Assembly: GCA_963811285.1 (NCBI GenBank)
Contig: CAWEQV010000014.1
Location: forward strand, 92,879-156,878
Direction of reading: 5' to 3'
Length of the DNA stretch: 64,000 nt
Source: an uncultured Chitinophagaceae bacterium
GTDB taxonomy: Bacteria; Bacteroidota; Bacteroidia; Chitinophagales; Chitinophagaceae
Below, piece after piece: positions 53,401-62,913 of the stretch. Under the pieces are notes generated by a model. That model was not told the origin of the DNA. It did no database searches and worked only from the letters and a program-made list of their open reading frames with translations. The translations under genes and the position numbers were made by a program. The first letter of the stretch is position 1; every line of letters starts with the position of its first letter.

Positions 53401-56246
53401 GCATTTGGTTTTGCCGCCTCTGTTACCGTAACAGTTGATGTTGCATCTTCTGTACATGGTGCTGTCGCTGCAACGGTATAAGTATAAGTGCCTGCTCCTG
53501 CCAAAGCTGGTGACCAGGTTCCTCCCGCATCATGGGTTCCGATAACTGCATATAACTGCGCTTCTGTTACTGTACTTCCTGTGCATATTGATAACGCACC
53601 ACTTGTGCCCGCATTTGGTTTTGCCGCCTCTGTTACCGTAACAGTTGATGTTGCATCTTCTGTACATGGTGCTGTCGCTGCAACGGTATAAGTATAAGTG
53701 CCTGCTCCTGCCAAAGCTGGTGACCAGGTTCCTCCCGCATCATGGGTTCCGATAACTGCATATAACTGCGCTTCTGTTACTGTACTTCCTGTGCATATTG
53801 ATAACGCACCACTTGTGCCCGCATTTGGTTTTGCCGCCTCTGTTACCGTAACAGTTGATGTTGCATCTTCTGTACATGGTGCTGTCGCTGCAACGGTATA
53901 AGTATAAGTGCCTGCTCCTGCCAAAGCTGGTGACCAGGTTCCTCCCGCATCATGGGTTCCGATAACTGCATATAACTGCGCTTCTGTTACTGTACTTCCT
54001 GTGCATATTGATAACGCACCACTTGTGCCCGCATTTGGTTTTGCCGCCTCTGTTACCGTAACAGTTGATGTTGCATCTTCTGTACATGGTGCTGTCGCTG
54101 CAACGGTATAAGTATAAGTGCCTGCTCCTGCCAAAGCTGGTGACCAGGTTCCTCCCGCATCATGGGTTCCGATAACTGCATATAACTGCGCTTCTGTTAC
54201 TGTACTTCCTGTGCATATTGATAACGCACCACTTGTGCCCGCATTTGGTTTTGCCGCCTCTGTTACCGTAACAGTTGATGTTGCATCTTCTGTACATGGT
54301 GCTGTCGCTGCAACGGTATAAGTATAAGTGCCTGCTCCTGCCAAAGCTGGTGACCAGGTTCCTCCCGCATCATGGGTTCCGATAACTGCATATAACTGCG
54401 CTTCTGTTACTGTACTTCCTGTGCATATTGATAACGCACCACTTGTGCCCGCATTTGGTTTTGCCGCCTCTGTTACCGTAACAGTTGATGTTGCATCTTC
54501 TGTACATGGTGCTGTCGCTGCAACGGTATAAGTATAAGTGCCTGCTCCTGCCAAAGCTGGTGACCAGGTTCCTCCCGCATCATGGGTTCCGATAACTGCA
54601 TATAACTGCGCTTCTGTTACTGTACTTCCTGTGCATATTGATAACGCACCACTTGTGCCCGCATTTGGTTTTGCCGCCTCTGTTACCGTAACAGTTGATG
54701 TTGCATCTTCTGTACATGGTGCTGTCGCTGCAACGGTATAAGTATAAGTGCCTGCTCCTGCCAAAGCTGGTGACCAGGTTCCTCCCGCATCATGGGTTCC
54801 GATAACTGCATATAACTGCGCTTCTGTTACTGTACTTCCTGTGCATATTGATAACGCACCACTTGTGCCCGCATTTGGTTTTGCCGCCTCTGTTACCGTA
54901 ACAGTTGATGTTGCATCTTCTGTACATGGTGCTGTCGCTGCAACGGTATAAGTATAAGTGCCTGCTCCTGCCAAAGCTGGTGACCAGGTTCCTCCCGCAT
55001 CATGGGTTCCGATAACTGCATATAACTGCGCTTCTGTTACTGTACTTCCTGTGCATATTGATAACGCACCACTTGTGCCCGCATTTGGTTTTGCCGCCTC
55101 TGTTACCGTAACAGTTGATGTTGCTGTATTCGAGCATGGCGCTGCAGCTGTAACAGTATACGTATACACTCCAGTAACAGGTCCACTCCATGTTCCGCCT
55201 GTAGAAGGCGTACCTCCCAATGCTGCAAATAACTGTGCTTCCGTTGGTGTTGTTCCTGTACATACGCTTAGTGTCCCGTCTGTTCCTGCATCGAGTGGTG
55301 GACAACATGAAATAACAGTAATATCTTTAGATATAGTACTGGTTACGGCCGGAGAAGCCCCATCTGTTACTGTTAATGTAACTGTATACACACCTGGACC
55401 AGCACCAGCTTGGGCAAAATCAAAAGATGGATTTGAGCCGGTCATCGTACCCACTTGTAAACTTGTGTTCTTATTTACAATTGTCCAACTGAATGATGAA
55501 TATGGCAGAGTTCCTCCGGTTGTTCCGTCTGTTGCATCAAGCGCATCAAATGAATAAGTTTGTGCAGGTTTAGCTATAGCACATGAACCGGTTGCGGTAA
55601 AATCAGCGCTCAGCGGAGTAACAATCACGATCGGTGGGCCTCCGGGAGTTAATGGTAATTGCTCACAATGGGGACTTGCAGCACAAATAATTGGGGAATT
55701 AGGAGCGGGGCATACATTGCTGCCAGCGCTGTTTCCCCATCCAATGAATAGATCTTGTAACTCAAGTTTGGTTCCACAAGTATAAGTTATCGGAAAATCA
55801 CTTATATACTTTACAAAAGTCCCGCTGTTCGTTTCAGCAGGGTCGCAATAAGTAAATGTTTGCGAAAAAACACCATCTACCAAAATGTTACCAGCCAAAC
55901 TGATTCCATAACGGGTAGTTGCATTTTGGGTGAAGGTTATCTTTAAATAACCGGTGATAGTTGTTGAGCCACTGCAGGTGGTTGGCAAGTCTATGAATTG
56001 CGGTTTGCCACTACCAGGCGTGTAATCAGGGTTTAATTGTACCAGCACAACAGACTCAACGTGATCATCATTAGCCACACATCCCGTGCAAGGCTGAAAC
56101 GGAGTTTGGCCATACAAGGTACTTGTCTGAATAAAAAACGTAAATAGAAACGAAACGACTGTAGCAATAAAGGAGAACTTAAATTTATGGATTTGACTGT
56201 TCAATAAGTTTCTTCTTCGGTTAGGTAAATGTGTAAGTGGTAACAT
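50490..56246 (-). CDS. 1918-aa secreted repeat protein (putative adhesin) with a T9SS type A C-terminal sorting domain
   Basis: Signal peptide ending YG-Q; Cys-rich N-terminal domain; tandem Thr-rich 70-aa repeats; CTD TNPNPVDNNVNF...LYNVMG...GKIVRIK. Confidence 0.9.
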   Translation of the reverse strand: MLPLTHLPNRRRNLLNSQIHKFKFSFIATVVSFLFTFFIQTSTLYGQTPFQPCTGCVANDDHVESVVLVQLNPDYTPGSGKPQFIDLPTTCSGSTTITGYLKITFTQNATTRYGISLAGNILVDGVFSQTFTYCDPAETNSGTFVKYISDFPITYTCGTKLELQDLFIGWGNSAGSNVCPAPNSPIICAASPHCEQLPLTPGGPPIVIVTPLSADFTATGSCAIAKPAQTYSFDALDATDGTTGGTLPYSSFSWTIVNKNTSLQVGTMTGSNPSFDFAQAGAGPGVYTVTLTVTDGASPAVTSTISKDITVISCCPPLDAGTDGTLSVCTGTTPTEAQLFAALGGTPSTGGTWSGPVTGVYTYTVTAAAPCSNTATSTVTVTEAAKPNAGTSGALSICTGSTVTEAQLYAVIGTHDAGGTWSPALAGAGTYTYTVAATAPCTEDATSTVTVTEAAKPNAGTSGALSICTGSTVTEAQLYAVIGTHDAGGTWSPALAGAGTYTYTVAATAPCTEDATSTVTVTEAAKPNAGTSGALSICTGSTVTEAQLYAVIGTHDAGGTWSPALAGAGTYTYTVAATAPCTEDATSTVTVTEAAKPNAGTSGALSICTGSTVTEAQLYAVIGTHDAGGTWSPALAGAGTYTYTVAATAPCTEDATSTVTVTEAAKPNAGTSGALSICTGSTVTEAQLYAVIGTHDAGGTWSPALAGAGTYTYTVAATAPCTEDATSTVTVTEAAKPNAGTSGALSICTGSTVTEAQLYAVIGTHDAGGTWSPALAGAGTYTYTVAATAPCTEDATSTVTVTEAAKPNAGTSGALSICTGSTVTEAQLYAVIGTHDAGGTWSPALAGAGTYTYTVAATAPCTEDATSTVTVTEAAKPNAGTSGALSICTGSTVTEAQLYAVIGTHDAGGTWSPALAGAGTYTYTVAATAPCTEDATSTVTVTEAAKPNAGTSGALSICTGSTVTEAQLYAVIGTHDAGGTWSPALAGAGTYTYTVAATAPCTEDATSTVTVTEAAKPNAGTSGALSICTGSTVTEAQLYAVIGTHDAGGTWSPALAGAGTYTYTVAATAPCTEDATSTVTVTEAAKPNAGTSGALSICTGSTVTEAQLYAVIGTHDAGGTWSPALAGAGTYTYTVAATAPCTEDATSTVTVTEAAKPNAGTSGALSICTGSTVTEAQLYAVIGTHDAGGTWSPALAGAGTYTYTVAATAPCTEDATSTVTVTEAAKPNAGTSGALSICTGSTVTEAQLYAVIGTHDAGGTWSPALAGAGTYTYTVAATAPCTEDATSTVTVTEAAKPNAGTSGALSICTGSTVTEAQLYAVIGTHDAGGTWSPALAGAGTYTYTVAATAPCTEDATSTVTVTEAAKPNAGTSGALSICTGSTVTEAQLYAVIGTHDAGGTWSPALAGAGTYTYTVAATAPCTEDATSTVTVTEAAKPNAGTSGALSICTGSTVTEAQLYAVIGTHDAGGTWSPALAGAGTYTYTVAATTPCTEDATSTVTVTEQVQVAPTLSITQPTCSDATATITVISPTTGLKFSFDGKGYADYPSAGYSTTTTGNHTITAQNAAGCVSDNASVTVDPAPPCGGIIFTYTQGFYHGTGKGCTPNNGSLSALQVMQLSLNNMDGIPGNNAGQLHLGTSHASFTVTYAQASSLQNILPGGGKATKLGGNYNLNPSGNYPPLKKGRINNVLLSQTITLALNMNIPGNGLSTFELKDGYLTTMNVLGSACDGQAATCANGGSMSSMKITSNHTLMALLDGKTVAELLQMASDALGGTLPNGVSYSDISNAVDVINNSFDEGRYSLGYFATPQSCSSTLLKPIATTTSLVKETVSDDVTVTTNPNPVDNNVNFTIKTKVSGKASLDLYNVMGVRLTNVYQGYMPAGKQIIGYNVPSAFRGTLIYTFMIGNKKVTGKIVRIK
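51745..55124. repeat. Tandem array of 16 x 210-bp units (70 aa each)
   Basis: Antisense ORFs recur every 210 bp from 51808 to 54958; copies look nucleotide-identical except a GTT/GCT change in the 3'-most coding copy. Confidence 0.95.
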
Positions 56247-56712
56247 CCTTTAGATTTTTAGATGAAAAATTTTTTGGAATATTCGATTTTTGGCAATGCA
56301 GTTTTGGTATCACCGTTTCAGTAATCTAAAGGATGGATTAAAATCAAAAGAAATTTGAAAAAACTTTGTGAATCAGGGAAAGCTAATTTTGGTTAATGGA
56401 ATTGGAAATCTAAATAAAAAAAGAAATGGTTTTTTGGATTGGACTGTAAACTTAATAATTAAATTTTGATTAACAAATTTTTTTTAATGTTTTTTTTATT
56501 TCAGTCACTTGCATCTTATGAATGCATGCCAAAAAGTAAAAAGTCAGAAATACAATAGTAATTAATAAATTTATAGTCTTCAGAAAAATCTATTGACGGC
56601 ACGAGCTGAGCCAAGCCCCTTGCCATGACGAATGAAACTATTGAGAAGTGCAACAAGGAGGAAAAATTTAACTCATGAGGTGCTTGGAAAAGATGACCGC
56701 CTGCTGCACTGA

Positions 56713-57894
56713 TTACAATGAAAAAGGCCCATGTTGAACAAACGACCCGAGATAGGTACTCCACTTAATGGCACCTGTCGCAGGGTCCAGGTTGTAGAGT
56801 TTCTTATCAGAGCCGCCGACATACAAATTTCCATCAACAATTGTAATAGGTCTGTTGGATACAGTAGCTAAATCAATATTCCAGACAAGATTGCCGCTGG
56901 CAGCATCTAATGCATAAATTTTCCCGCCACGGTTTCGCACATACACATTACCGTTATAAAAAGTAGGAATAACATCTAAATAGTCGTTGGTAGCGTACTT
57001 CCATTTAAGCGATCCCGAAGCAGCATCCAGGCAATAGAGCGTGTGATTGAGGCCATTTATATAAACCGATCCGTTTACAGCCATCGCCATATAAAAATAT
57101 ACGGAGTCTCCGTCGCTATAAGTCCAGCGTGTGGCACCCGTAGCAAGGTCTAATGCATAAAAGTGTCCATCGGTAGAAGCGGTGCATACGGCATTATCAA
57201 TTAATAACGGATCACAAATTATGGAGTCCGGATTATTGAACGTCCACTTTAACGATCCCGTTACCGAATCGACCGCATAAAATTTGTGATCGAAAGTTTG
57301 TACAAATACTTCGCCACTGCCAACGGCAAATGACCGCGGTATTTTATTAACAGGGCCGGAATAATATTTCCATAACAGGTTTCCATTTGTTACGTCGTAA
57401 GCATAAAAATTATCATCGTTACTGCTCGCAAGAAGCATTTTGCCCGCAGGATAAATAAAAGCAAAAGGTCCGGCTGAATCTTTCCACATTTGTTTTCCGG
57501 TTACAGCATCCAGGGCAAACAGGCTCCCGTTAAAATCTGTTACCATCAATTTATTGTCCTGCAGTAAAGTGTTATCAATTTGATTCGGGGCCTTAAATGA
57601 CCAAACAACTTTTCCAGTTGAATCATCAAATGCATACGCAGTATCCCAGCTACCGGTATAAAACATAGTGCCGGCCGCGGATAACCCCTTATTGTAGGCA
57701 TCCAGGGAGTCGGCCCAAAGTACTTCGCCGGTAGCTTCATCAATGGCAAAAAAATCACTTGATGTCCCCACAATAATAGAAGGCCCTGTAATAGGTTTAA
57801 TAGTAGTATTATCGCGGGAATCGTTATGTGGCTTGTTACAGGAAAATAATAACAGGAACAAGACGAGAGGGCTTAAGTTTTTTAATAATGCCAT
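56713..57894 (-). CDS. PQQ-like beta-propeller repeat lipoprotein (BamB-like fold)
   Basis: Lipobox LFSC-NK; repeated YALDAxTGxLxW motifs. Confidence 0.88.
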   Translation of the reverse strand: MALLKNLSPLVLFLLLFSCNKPHNDSRDNTTIKPITGPSIIVGTSSDFFAIDEATGEVLWADSLDAYNKGLSAAGTMFYTGSWDTAYAFDDSTGKVVWSFKAPNQIDNTLLQDNKLMVTDFNGSLFALDAVTGKQMWKDSAGPFAFIYPAGKMLLASSNDDNFYAYDVTNGNLLWKYYSGPVNKIPRSFAVGSGEVFVQTFDHKFYAVDSVTGSLKWTFNNPDSIICDPLLIDNAVCTASTDGHFYALDLATGATRWTYSDGDSVYFYMAMAVNGSVYINGLNHTLYCLDAASGSLKWKYATNDYLDVIPTFYNGNVYVRNRGGKIYALDAASGNLVWNIDLATVSNRPITIVDGNLYVGGSDKKLYNLDPATGAIKWSTYLGSFVQHGPFSL

Positions 57895-58240
57895 GAGTAA
57901 TTTTTCCTGACAACGAATTTATGACTTTACTTCGTGTAATTTATTCCGGGATAAAACCAAAAATTAAATTTGCGGTGTTCGTTCGGGGATAAAGAATGTT
58001 TCATGGCGTAAGTATGAGGTTAGCATAGCCTGGTTCCCTTGCTTCCCCTTGTTTAATCCTACCTGTATAAACTGGAATAGAAATCGGGTGAATTTGTTGG
58101 TTTACTGTTGGCAAACTATAAAGTAGCTGCTTCAGAAATTTATTTTCCTGATCCTCATCGGCTGGCTGGCAATAAAGTCTTTTGTGCCGCATTATTACTC
58201 GGATAGAAAGGCATGCCGGGATAGTAACCTCTTTCGGCGC

Positions 58241-58890
58241 TCATGCTTCCGGAGATGGAAAAGGTTTTGGCATCGTTAATATGCCGAAATAATCCTGTAA
58301 ATACATGGCGTGGCAAGCCAAATAATATTTCCCTTTAAATTTGAACAGGTGAGTGTGGTTGTTCGTCAAAGGGCCCACGTTATATTCGCCGGCATTCTTA
58401 AAGTAATTATCGCGATACTTCCAACTATCCGGATTTAAGGGTGTTTTACTTGTCATATAACCACTGCATTGGGTTGGTTTATCAACATTACTAAAGGCCA
58501 TTCAGTGCGTTGTGGATGTCGAAGCTCCATTCGATCCCGGAGACCTCCAGTTGACCATATCATCGGAGGACATCATAACCAGTGTACGGATATACTCGTA
58601 TGAATTTTTCCCATCCTTTCCTACATGCTCATACTATTGATGATCATTGGTAGCATACGCATAAATTCTTCCATTGTATTCTACAGCCGTCGGGTCAGCC
58701 GTAAACATAAAATCTAATAGTGGATTCGCATCATTGGAGGTAAGTTTCGGCGAAACATTTGCGAATTTTTCTGCCAGGTTTTCTTTAACCACTTTCAGTT
58801 TATGTGCATTAGTCTGCGCCTCTGCGTTTTTTTTATATGCCAAAAAGAGATAGCAAAGATTGTACTTAATAATACTTCTTTTCTAAACAT
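58241..58890 (-). pseudogene. GH43 remnant with nonsense codon, internal deletion and truncation
   Basis: FTADPTAVEYNGRIYAYATND, then TAG, then DDMVNW; jumps directly to NNHTHLFKFKGKYY; ends prematurely. Confidence 0.8.
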
Positions 58891-59012
58891 GCTTTTTTAT
58901 TATCTAAAAAACGAATACCCAACCATAATCCTGCATATTAAGTTTATCCCAAATAATTACCAGTAAGCTTCTTTGCTTATAAATTGAGCTCAGGTTAAGA
59001 GATCTTATCCTG

Positions 59013-61049
59013 CTATTTAACCGGCGTAAATTTATACAGAATCACTCCATGCACCGGAACCTTCACCGAAAGAGCCTCTTTGTCTGCATGGATTGTTGTA
59101 ATATCTTTCTGACGCCAAAGATTACGCACCTTTTGCTTTCCTGAAATACCAAGCTTTTTCAGATCCTTATAAGAGATATCCACTTTCTCCAGACCGAAAT
59201 TGCAAAAGCCTGCTACACGACTGCCATCCTCAAGTTCTTTTACATAAATGCGCAGATCTCCGATAGTCTGAACACAGGTAGCCTGTATGCCAAGAGCGTC
59301 CTGATCAACAGCAATCACTTCATCGTTTGTCAATAAATTCAGGGTAAAGGCATCCAGCTTTTCCATATCGCAACCAAGTAGCAGAGGTGCAGAGAAAAGG
59401 CACCAAAGGCTGAAGTGAAGATACTGCTCATCTGGTTTAAGCCTGGTCGGATGCGGGCTACCCCAGCCTACTGTTCCTACAACCAGCATGTCCGGATCGT
59501 TCCAGTTACCGGGTTTAGCCCAGGCCGCAGACTGATCCTGAGCTAATGCAATACTTTTAACGTTGGACCACGTGTCCAATATATCATTCGTTGTACGCCA
59601 GGTGTTTCCACCTACCGAATCGCCCCATTTCCAAACATCCGACATTCCGTACTGACACAAGCTGAAAACAATGTCGCGGGGTTGCTGACGGATATAATCT
59701 CCCATTATTTTGTATGGTTTGACGGCGGTAGACAATTGATAACCTCCATTGTAAGATATGGAGATTACTTTGTTTGGGTCGTTATCGGGTATTCCATTTA
59801 GCACTCCTCCATAGCTGCACCAATCGTATTTCAGATAATCGAAACCCCATTTGGCATAACTTTCGGCATCTTGCCTCTCATAACCATAGCTACCGGCACC
59901 GCCGCCACAGGTCCAGGGACCAGGACTGGAATAGATGCCGATCTTCAAACCGAGACCATGCACATAATCTGTCAGGGATTTCATATCTCCAAACCTTTTA
60001 TTAGGAACTATATTACCAGCCTCGTCCCGCAGTTTACCTTGCAGGGAAGGATCTTTCGAATCGCGGTTATTTTGCCAATAGTCGTCAATATTTACATAAT
60101 TCCATCCGTAATTTATAAGTCCGGTTTTCACCATTTCTTCCGCAGCGCGCTTAACTTTTTCACCAGAAACTTCTTGAGCGAAACAATTCCAACTATTCCA
60201 ACCCATTGGCGGGGTAAGTGCAATTTTATCACCACAGATAATGCGTAAACTTTTTTCGGCTATACCTTTTGCATTCTTTGCCTTCAATTGAATAACGTAA
60301 GCGCCGGCTTTTACAAGCTTACCAGTGATAAGCCCTGTTTTTTGATCCAGCTTTAGCCCCTGAGGCAAGCCTGTAACTATAAAGGTCATTGGTCGGTCTC
60401 CGGTGGCAGGTATCCTAAACTGAAATGGCGAGCCAGGGCGGACACCGAAAACGCTTGCGCTATTAATCTTCGGTTTTGCCGATGGCTTAGGGGTAAGAAT
60501 GTAAGGCTCACTTGGGACAGGATAATAAGTAGCAAAACTTTCTACACCAGCCGTCTCAAATTTTGCATCTGCCCAGTCGGCATGATCGCTGTTGTCACCG
60601 TTTCCTCCGTCTGTTACCAGCATCTCAAGTTTTTTCACACCCAAAAGTTTCACATTACAAAGCCGGGCAGTATCACCGTCATGCATTACACCGCTCGACC
60701 AAAGCTTCGCTCCATCGCCGTATACAATAAACTCTACGGCGGGCTGACGCCCTTTCACCTCATCATCAATGCCAACCTTCGCGGTAAACGAATTTGCCTT
60801 ACCATCGAGCTGAATAAAAAGAGAGCTTTCTGCGTGTGTGCCGAAGCCACGCTGAAAGGTTTTGCCTGCGATGGTCATAATGTTGCCATCAACAGTCTTG
60901 TTTTTTTGGGGTATGCCCCAGCCCTGTGTAGCTGCGCTGAGATCCAGTTGATCTAACCAAACAGTTTGTGCGGAAAGTGTACTTATGCTTACTAAGCTGA
61001 AGATAATAGCGAAGACAAGAGTAAATATGCTTTTACTTGTTGTATACAT
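59013..61049 (-). CDS. GH27 alpha-galactosidase with NPCBM/NEW2 and Ig-like domains
   Basis: NPCBM RGFGTHAES...DHADWADAK; TPPMGWNSWN, NIDDYWQ, DYLKYDWC, WRTTND, WNDPDMLVVG; start placed at MYTTS. Confidence 0.92.
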   Translation of the reverse strand: MYTTSKSIFTLVFAIIFSLVSISTLSAQTVWLDQLDLSAATQGWGIPQKNKTVDGNIMTIAGKTFQRGFGTHAESSLFIQLDGKANSFTAKVGIDDEVKGRQPAVEFIVYGDGAKLWSSGVMHDGDTARLCNVKLLGVKKLEMLVTDGGNGDNSDHADWADAKFETAGVESFATYYPVPSEPYILTPKPSAKPKINSASVFGVRPGSPFQFRIPATGDRPMTFIVTGLPQGLKLDQKTGLITGKLVKAGAYVIQLKAKNAKGIAEKSLRIICGDKIALTPPMGWNSWNCFAQEVSGEKVKRAAEEMVKTGLINYGWNYVNIDDYWQNNRDSKDPSLQGKLRDEAGNIVPNKRFGDMKSLTDYVHGLGLKIGIYSSPGPWTCGGGAGSYGYERQDAESYAKWGFDYLKYDWCSYGGVLNGIPDNDPNKVISISYNGGYQLSTAVKPYKIMGDYIRQQPRDIVFSLCQYGMSDVWKWGDSVGGNTWRTTNDILDTWSNVKSIALAQDQSAAWAKPGNWNDPDMLVVGTVGWGSPHPTRLKPDEQYLHFSLWCLFSAPLLLGCDMEKLDAFTLNLLTNDEVIAVDQDALGIQATCVQTIGDLRIYVKELEDGSRVAGFCNFGLEKVDISYKDLKKLGISGKQKVRNLWRQKDITTIHADKEALSVKVPVHGVILYKFTPVK

Positions 61050-61093
61050 TTTTAATTTATAATTGAAGGGATTAATATTTTTTTTGCAAGACC

Positions 61094-61243
61094 TCATTTT
61101 TCGAACTTCCACCAGTTGAAATTGAACAGATCGCCTTGATTGCCTTTAAAAACAAAGTACAGATCGTGAACGCCCTTTATCTTATTTACTTTAATTGAAA
61201 CCGTGGTCCAACTTTGCAAGCCTCCTGTGCCAGGCGTTGTAAC
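61094..61243 (-). pseudogene. Orphan C-terminal half of a CBM6-like module
   Basis: VTTPGTGGLQSWTTVSIKVNKIKGVHDLYFVFKGNQGDLFNFNWWKFEK*, in frame after the GH43 stop (TGA TAG). Confidence 0.8.
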
Positions 61244-61246
61244 CTA

Positions 61247-62821
61247 TCATTCAATCGTATCCGTAATATGAAAGAAATCAAAAGCGGCGGCACCACCGGT
61301 TATTTTGGTGGCGTAGTTAAACAACGCAAAACGATAGCCCATGAAATGTGGAAAAGTGTAAGTCATTTTAAGGGTAGCCCCTAATGCTTTCCAGGTTTTT
61401 CCATCAAGGCTATAAAAGAAATTTGCTTCATCTTTTTTGTTGGTGAAATCGCATTCTGCTTTAAAGAAGATGGTGTTTTGAGTAAGTGGTATCGGTTGTA
61501 CCTCTTCCGGATTTCCGGTACTGGCATTGATCATCACAATTGACTTACTATCGCCTTCAACTCTTACACCAATCAGTCCGAAGTTCTTTTGCAAAAGCCC
61601 GAGGCCTGCAAAATCACCGTCTTTCATTTTCGATACATCCAACGAAACAGAACCGCTGCAAACCGGGCCAATGGTGCGCTGGGTCAGCGTGTTTCTTGCA
61701 AGCAGGAAACTGGTATCAATCCTTCCTGTTTTAAGCGTTAAATAGCCTTTGCGTTCTGTAACTGACCATAAACTATTATCGGGATTATGGTTCCACTGCC
61801 AAACCGGTGGCAGGGCGGGCTCTCCTTTTTTGCGCTCAAATTCATCTGAATTAACAATGCCGGGAATAAGACCTTTGCTGGCAGGCAGATCAAGGGTTTT
61901 CGGAACTTTTCCATCTATTCCCAGCACTGGCCAGCCATCTTTCCATGTAACGGGAACTAAGTAAGGGATACGACCCACCGCTCCATAATCGCGGAACAAA
62001 TAAGCGAACCATCTACCATCGGGCATATCAACTAAACCACCTTGTGCAATACCTGAATCCTGTAATGCTACTCGTCCTTCCCACGGACCCGTAATTTTAT
62101 CGGCACGATGAATGACTACCGTGCGCATGCCTCCCGGAGGCCAGGTGATATTAAACAGGTAATACTTGCCCTTTACTTTAAACAACTGCGAACCTTCTGC
62201 ACCAAGGCCGCCTTCTTTTCCTTCAACCTGGCTCGGGGCGCTGGCATTTTCAATAGCTACCTGGTTGATGCCACCTTCCTTCACACCGGTTACATTTTCA
62301 TTTAATTCCAGGAGGTTTAGTTTGCCACCGCCGTAAATCAGATACACTTTTCCATCGTCATCAAAAAATAGGGAATGATCACCAACACATGGTGAAAATG
62401 AAACGGACTTCCATGGGCCTTTCTCAATATTTTTTGTAGTGTAGATATGCGTTTTACCAGTTGTTGCGGAAAAAGTTGAAACATAATAGATGCCATTGTG
62501 ATAACGAATGCAGCTGGCCCACGACCCACGCCCATAGGCAGATTTTCCATTCTCCAAATTCATTTCATCATTATTGATCAAAGTGTCGTAAGCATAATTT
62601 ATCAACTGCCAGTTTACGAGATCATTAGATTTCATAATCGGCACTCCGGGGCTCATATGCATAGTTGTACTGCTCATGTAGTAAGTATCGCCCACACGAA
62701 CCATCGACATATCGGGAACATCAGCAAAAATGATTGGATTTGTTGCTTGTTGTGCATGAATATTATTTGAAAAAAATATACAACTCAAAAGCGCAACGCA
62801 GGATAAAAAAATTTTGATCAT
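61247..62821 (-). CDS. GH43 beta-xylosidase/arabinofuranosidase with C-terminal beta-sandwich
   Basis: NPIIFADVPD, GSWASCIRYH, DHSLFFDD, AEGSQL, WQWNHNP, FMGYRF. Confidence 0.92.
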   Translation of the reverse strand: MIKIFLSCVALLSCIFFSNNIHAQQATNPIIFADVPDMSMVRVGDTYYMSSTTMHMSPGVPIMKSNDLVNWQLINYAYDTLINNDEMNLENGKSAYGRGSWASCIRYHNGIYYVSTFSATTGKTHIYTTKNIEKGPWKSVSFSPCVGDHSLFFDDDGKVYLIYGGGKLNLLELNENVTGVKEGGINQVAIENASAPSQVEGKEGGLGAEGSQLFKVKGKYYLFNITWPPGGMRTVVIHRADKITGPWEGRVALQDSGIAQGGLVDMPDGRWFAYLFRDYGAVGRIPYLVPVTWKDGWPVLGIDGKVPKTLDLPASKGLIPGIVNSDEFERKKGEPALPPVWQWNHNPDNSLWSVTERKGYLTLKTGRIDTSFLLARNTLTQRTIGPVCSGSVSLDVSKMKDGDFAGLGLLQKNFGLIGVRVEGDSKSIVMINASTGNPEEVQPIPLTQNTIFFKAECDFTNKKDEANFFYSLDGKTWKALGATLKMTYTFPHFMGYRFALFNYATKITGGAAAFDFFHITDTIE

Positions 62822-62913
62822 TATTTAAAAATGGATGTTTATGATTACTGTTATTCTATAATGCGTTTGCCCTGACCGCTATTCCGGAAAAAGCTTTAAT
62901 CCAACATTACTTT

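Noticed and set aside
51808-55557. Sixteen repeated plus-strand 67-aa ORFs (MPAPAKAGDQ...) that could suggest a CRISPR array or peptide array
   Set aside because: They are antisense shadows of the coding repeat in the T9SS gene; there are no unique spacers and no cas genes.
56516-56764. 82-aa minus-strand ORF after the propeller lipoprotein
   Set aside because: Overlaps the upstream gene end, has no motif and runs into AT-rich intergenic DNA.
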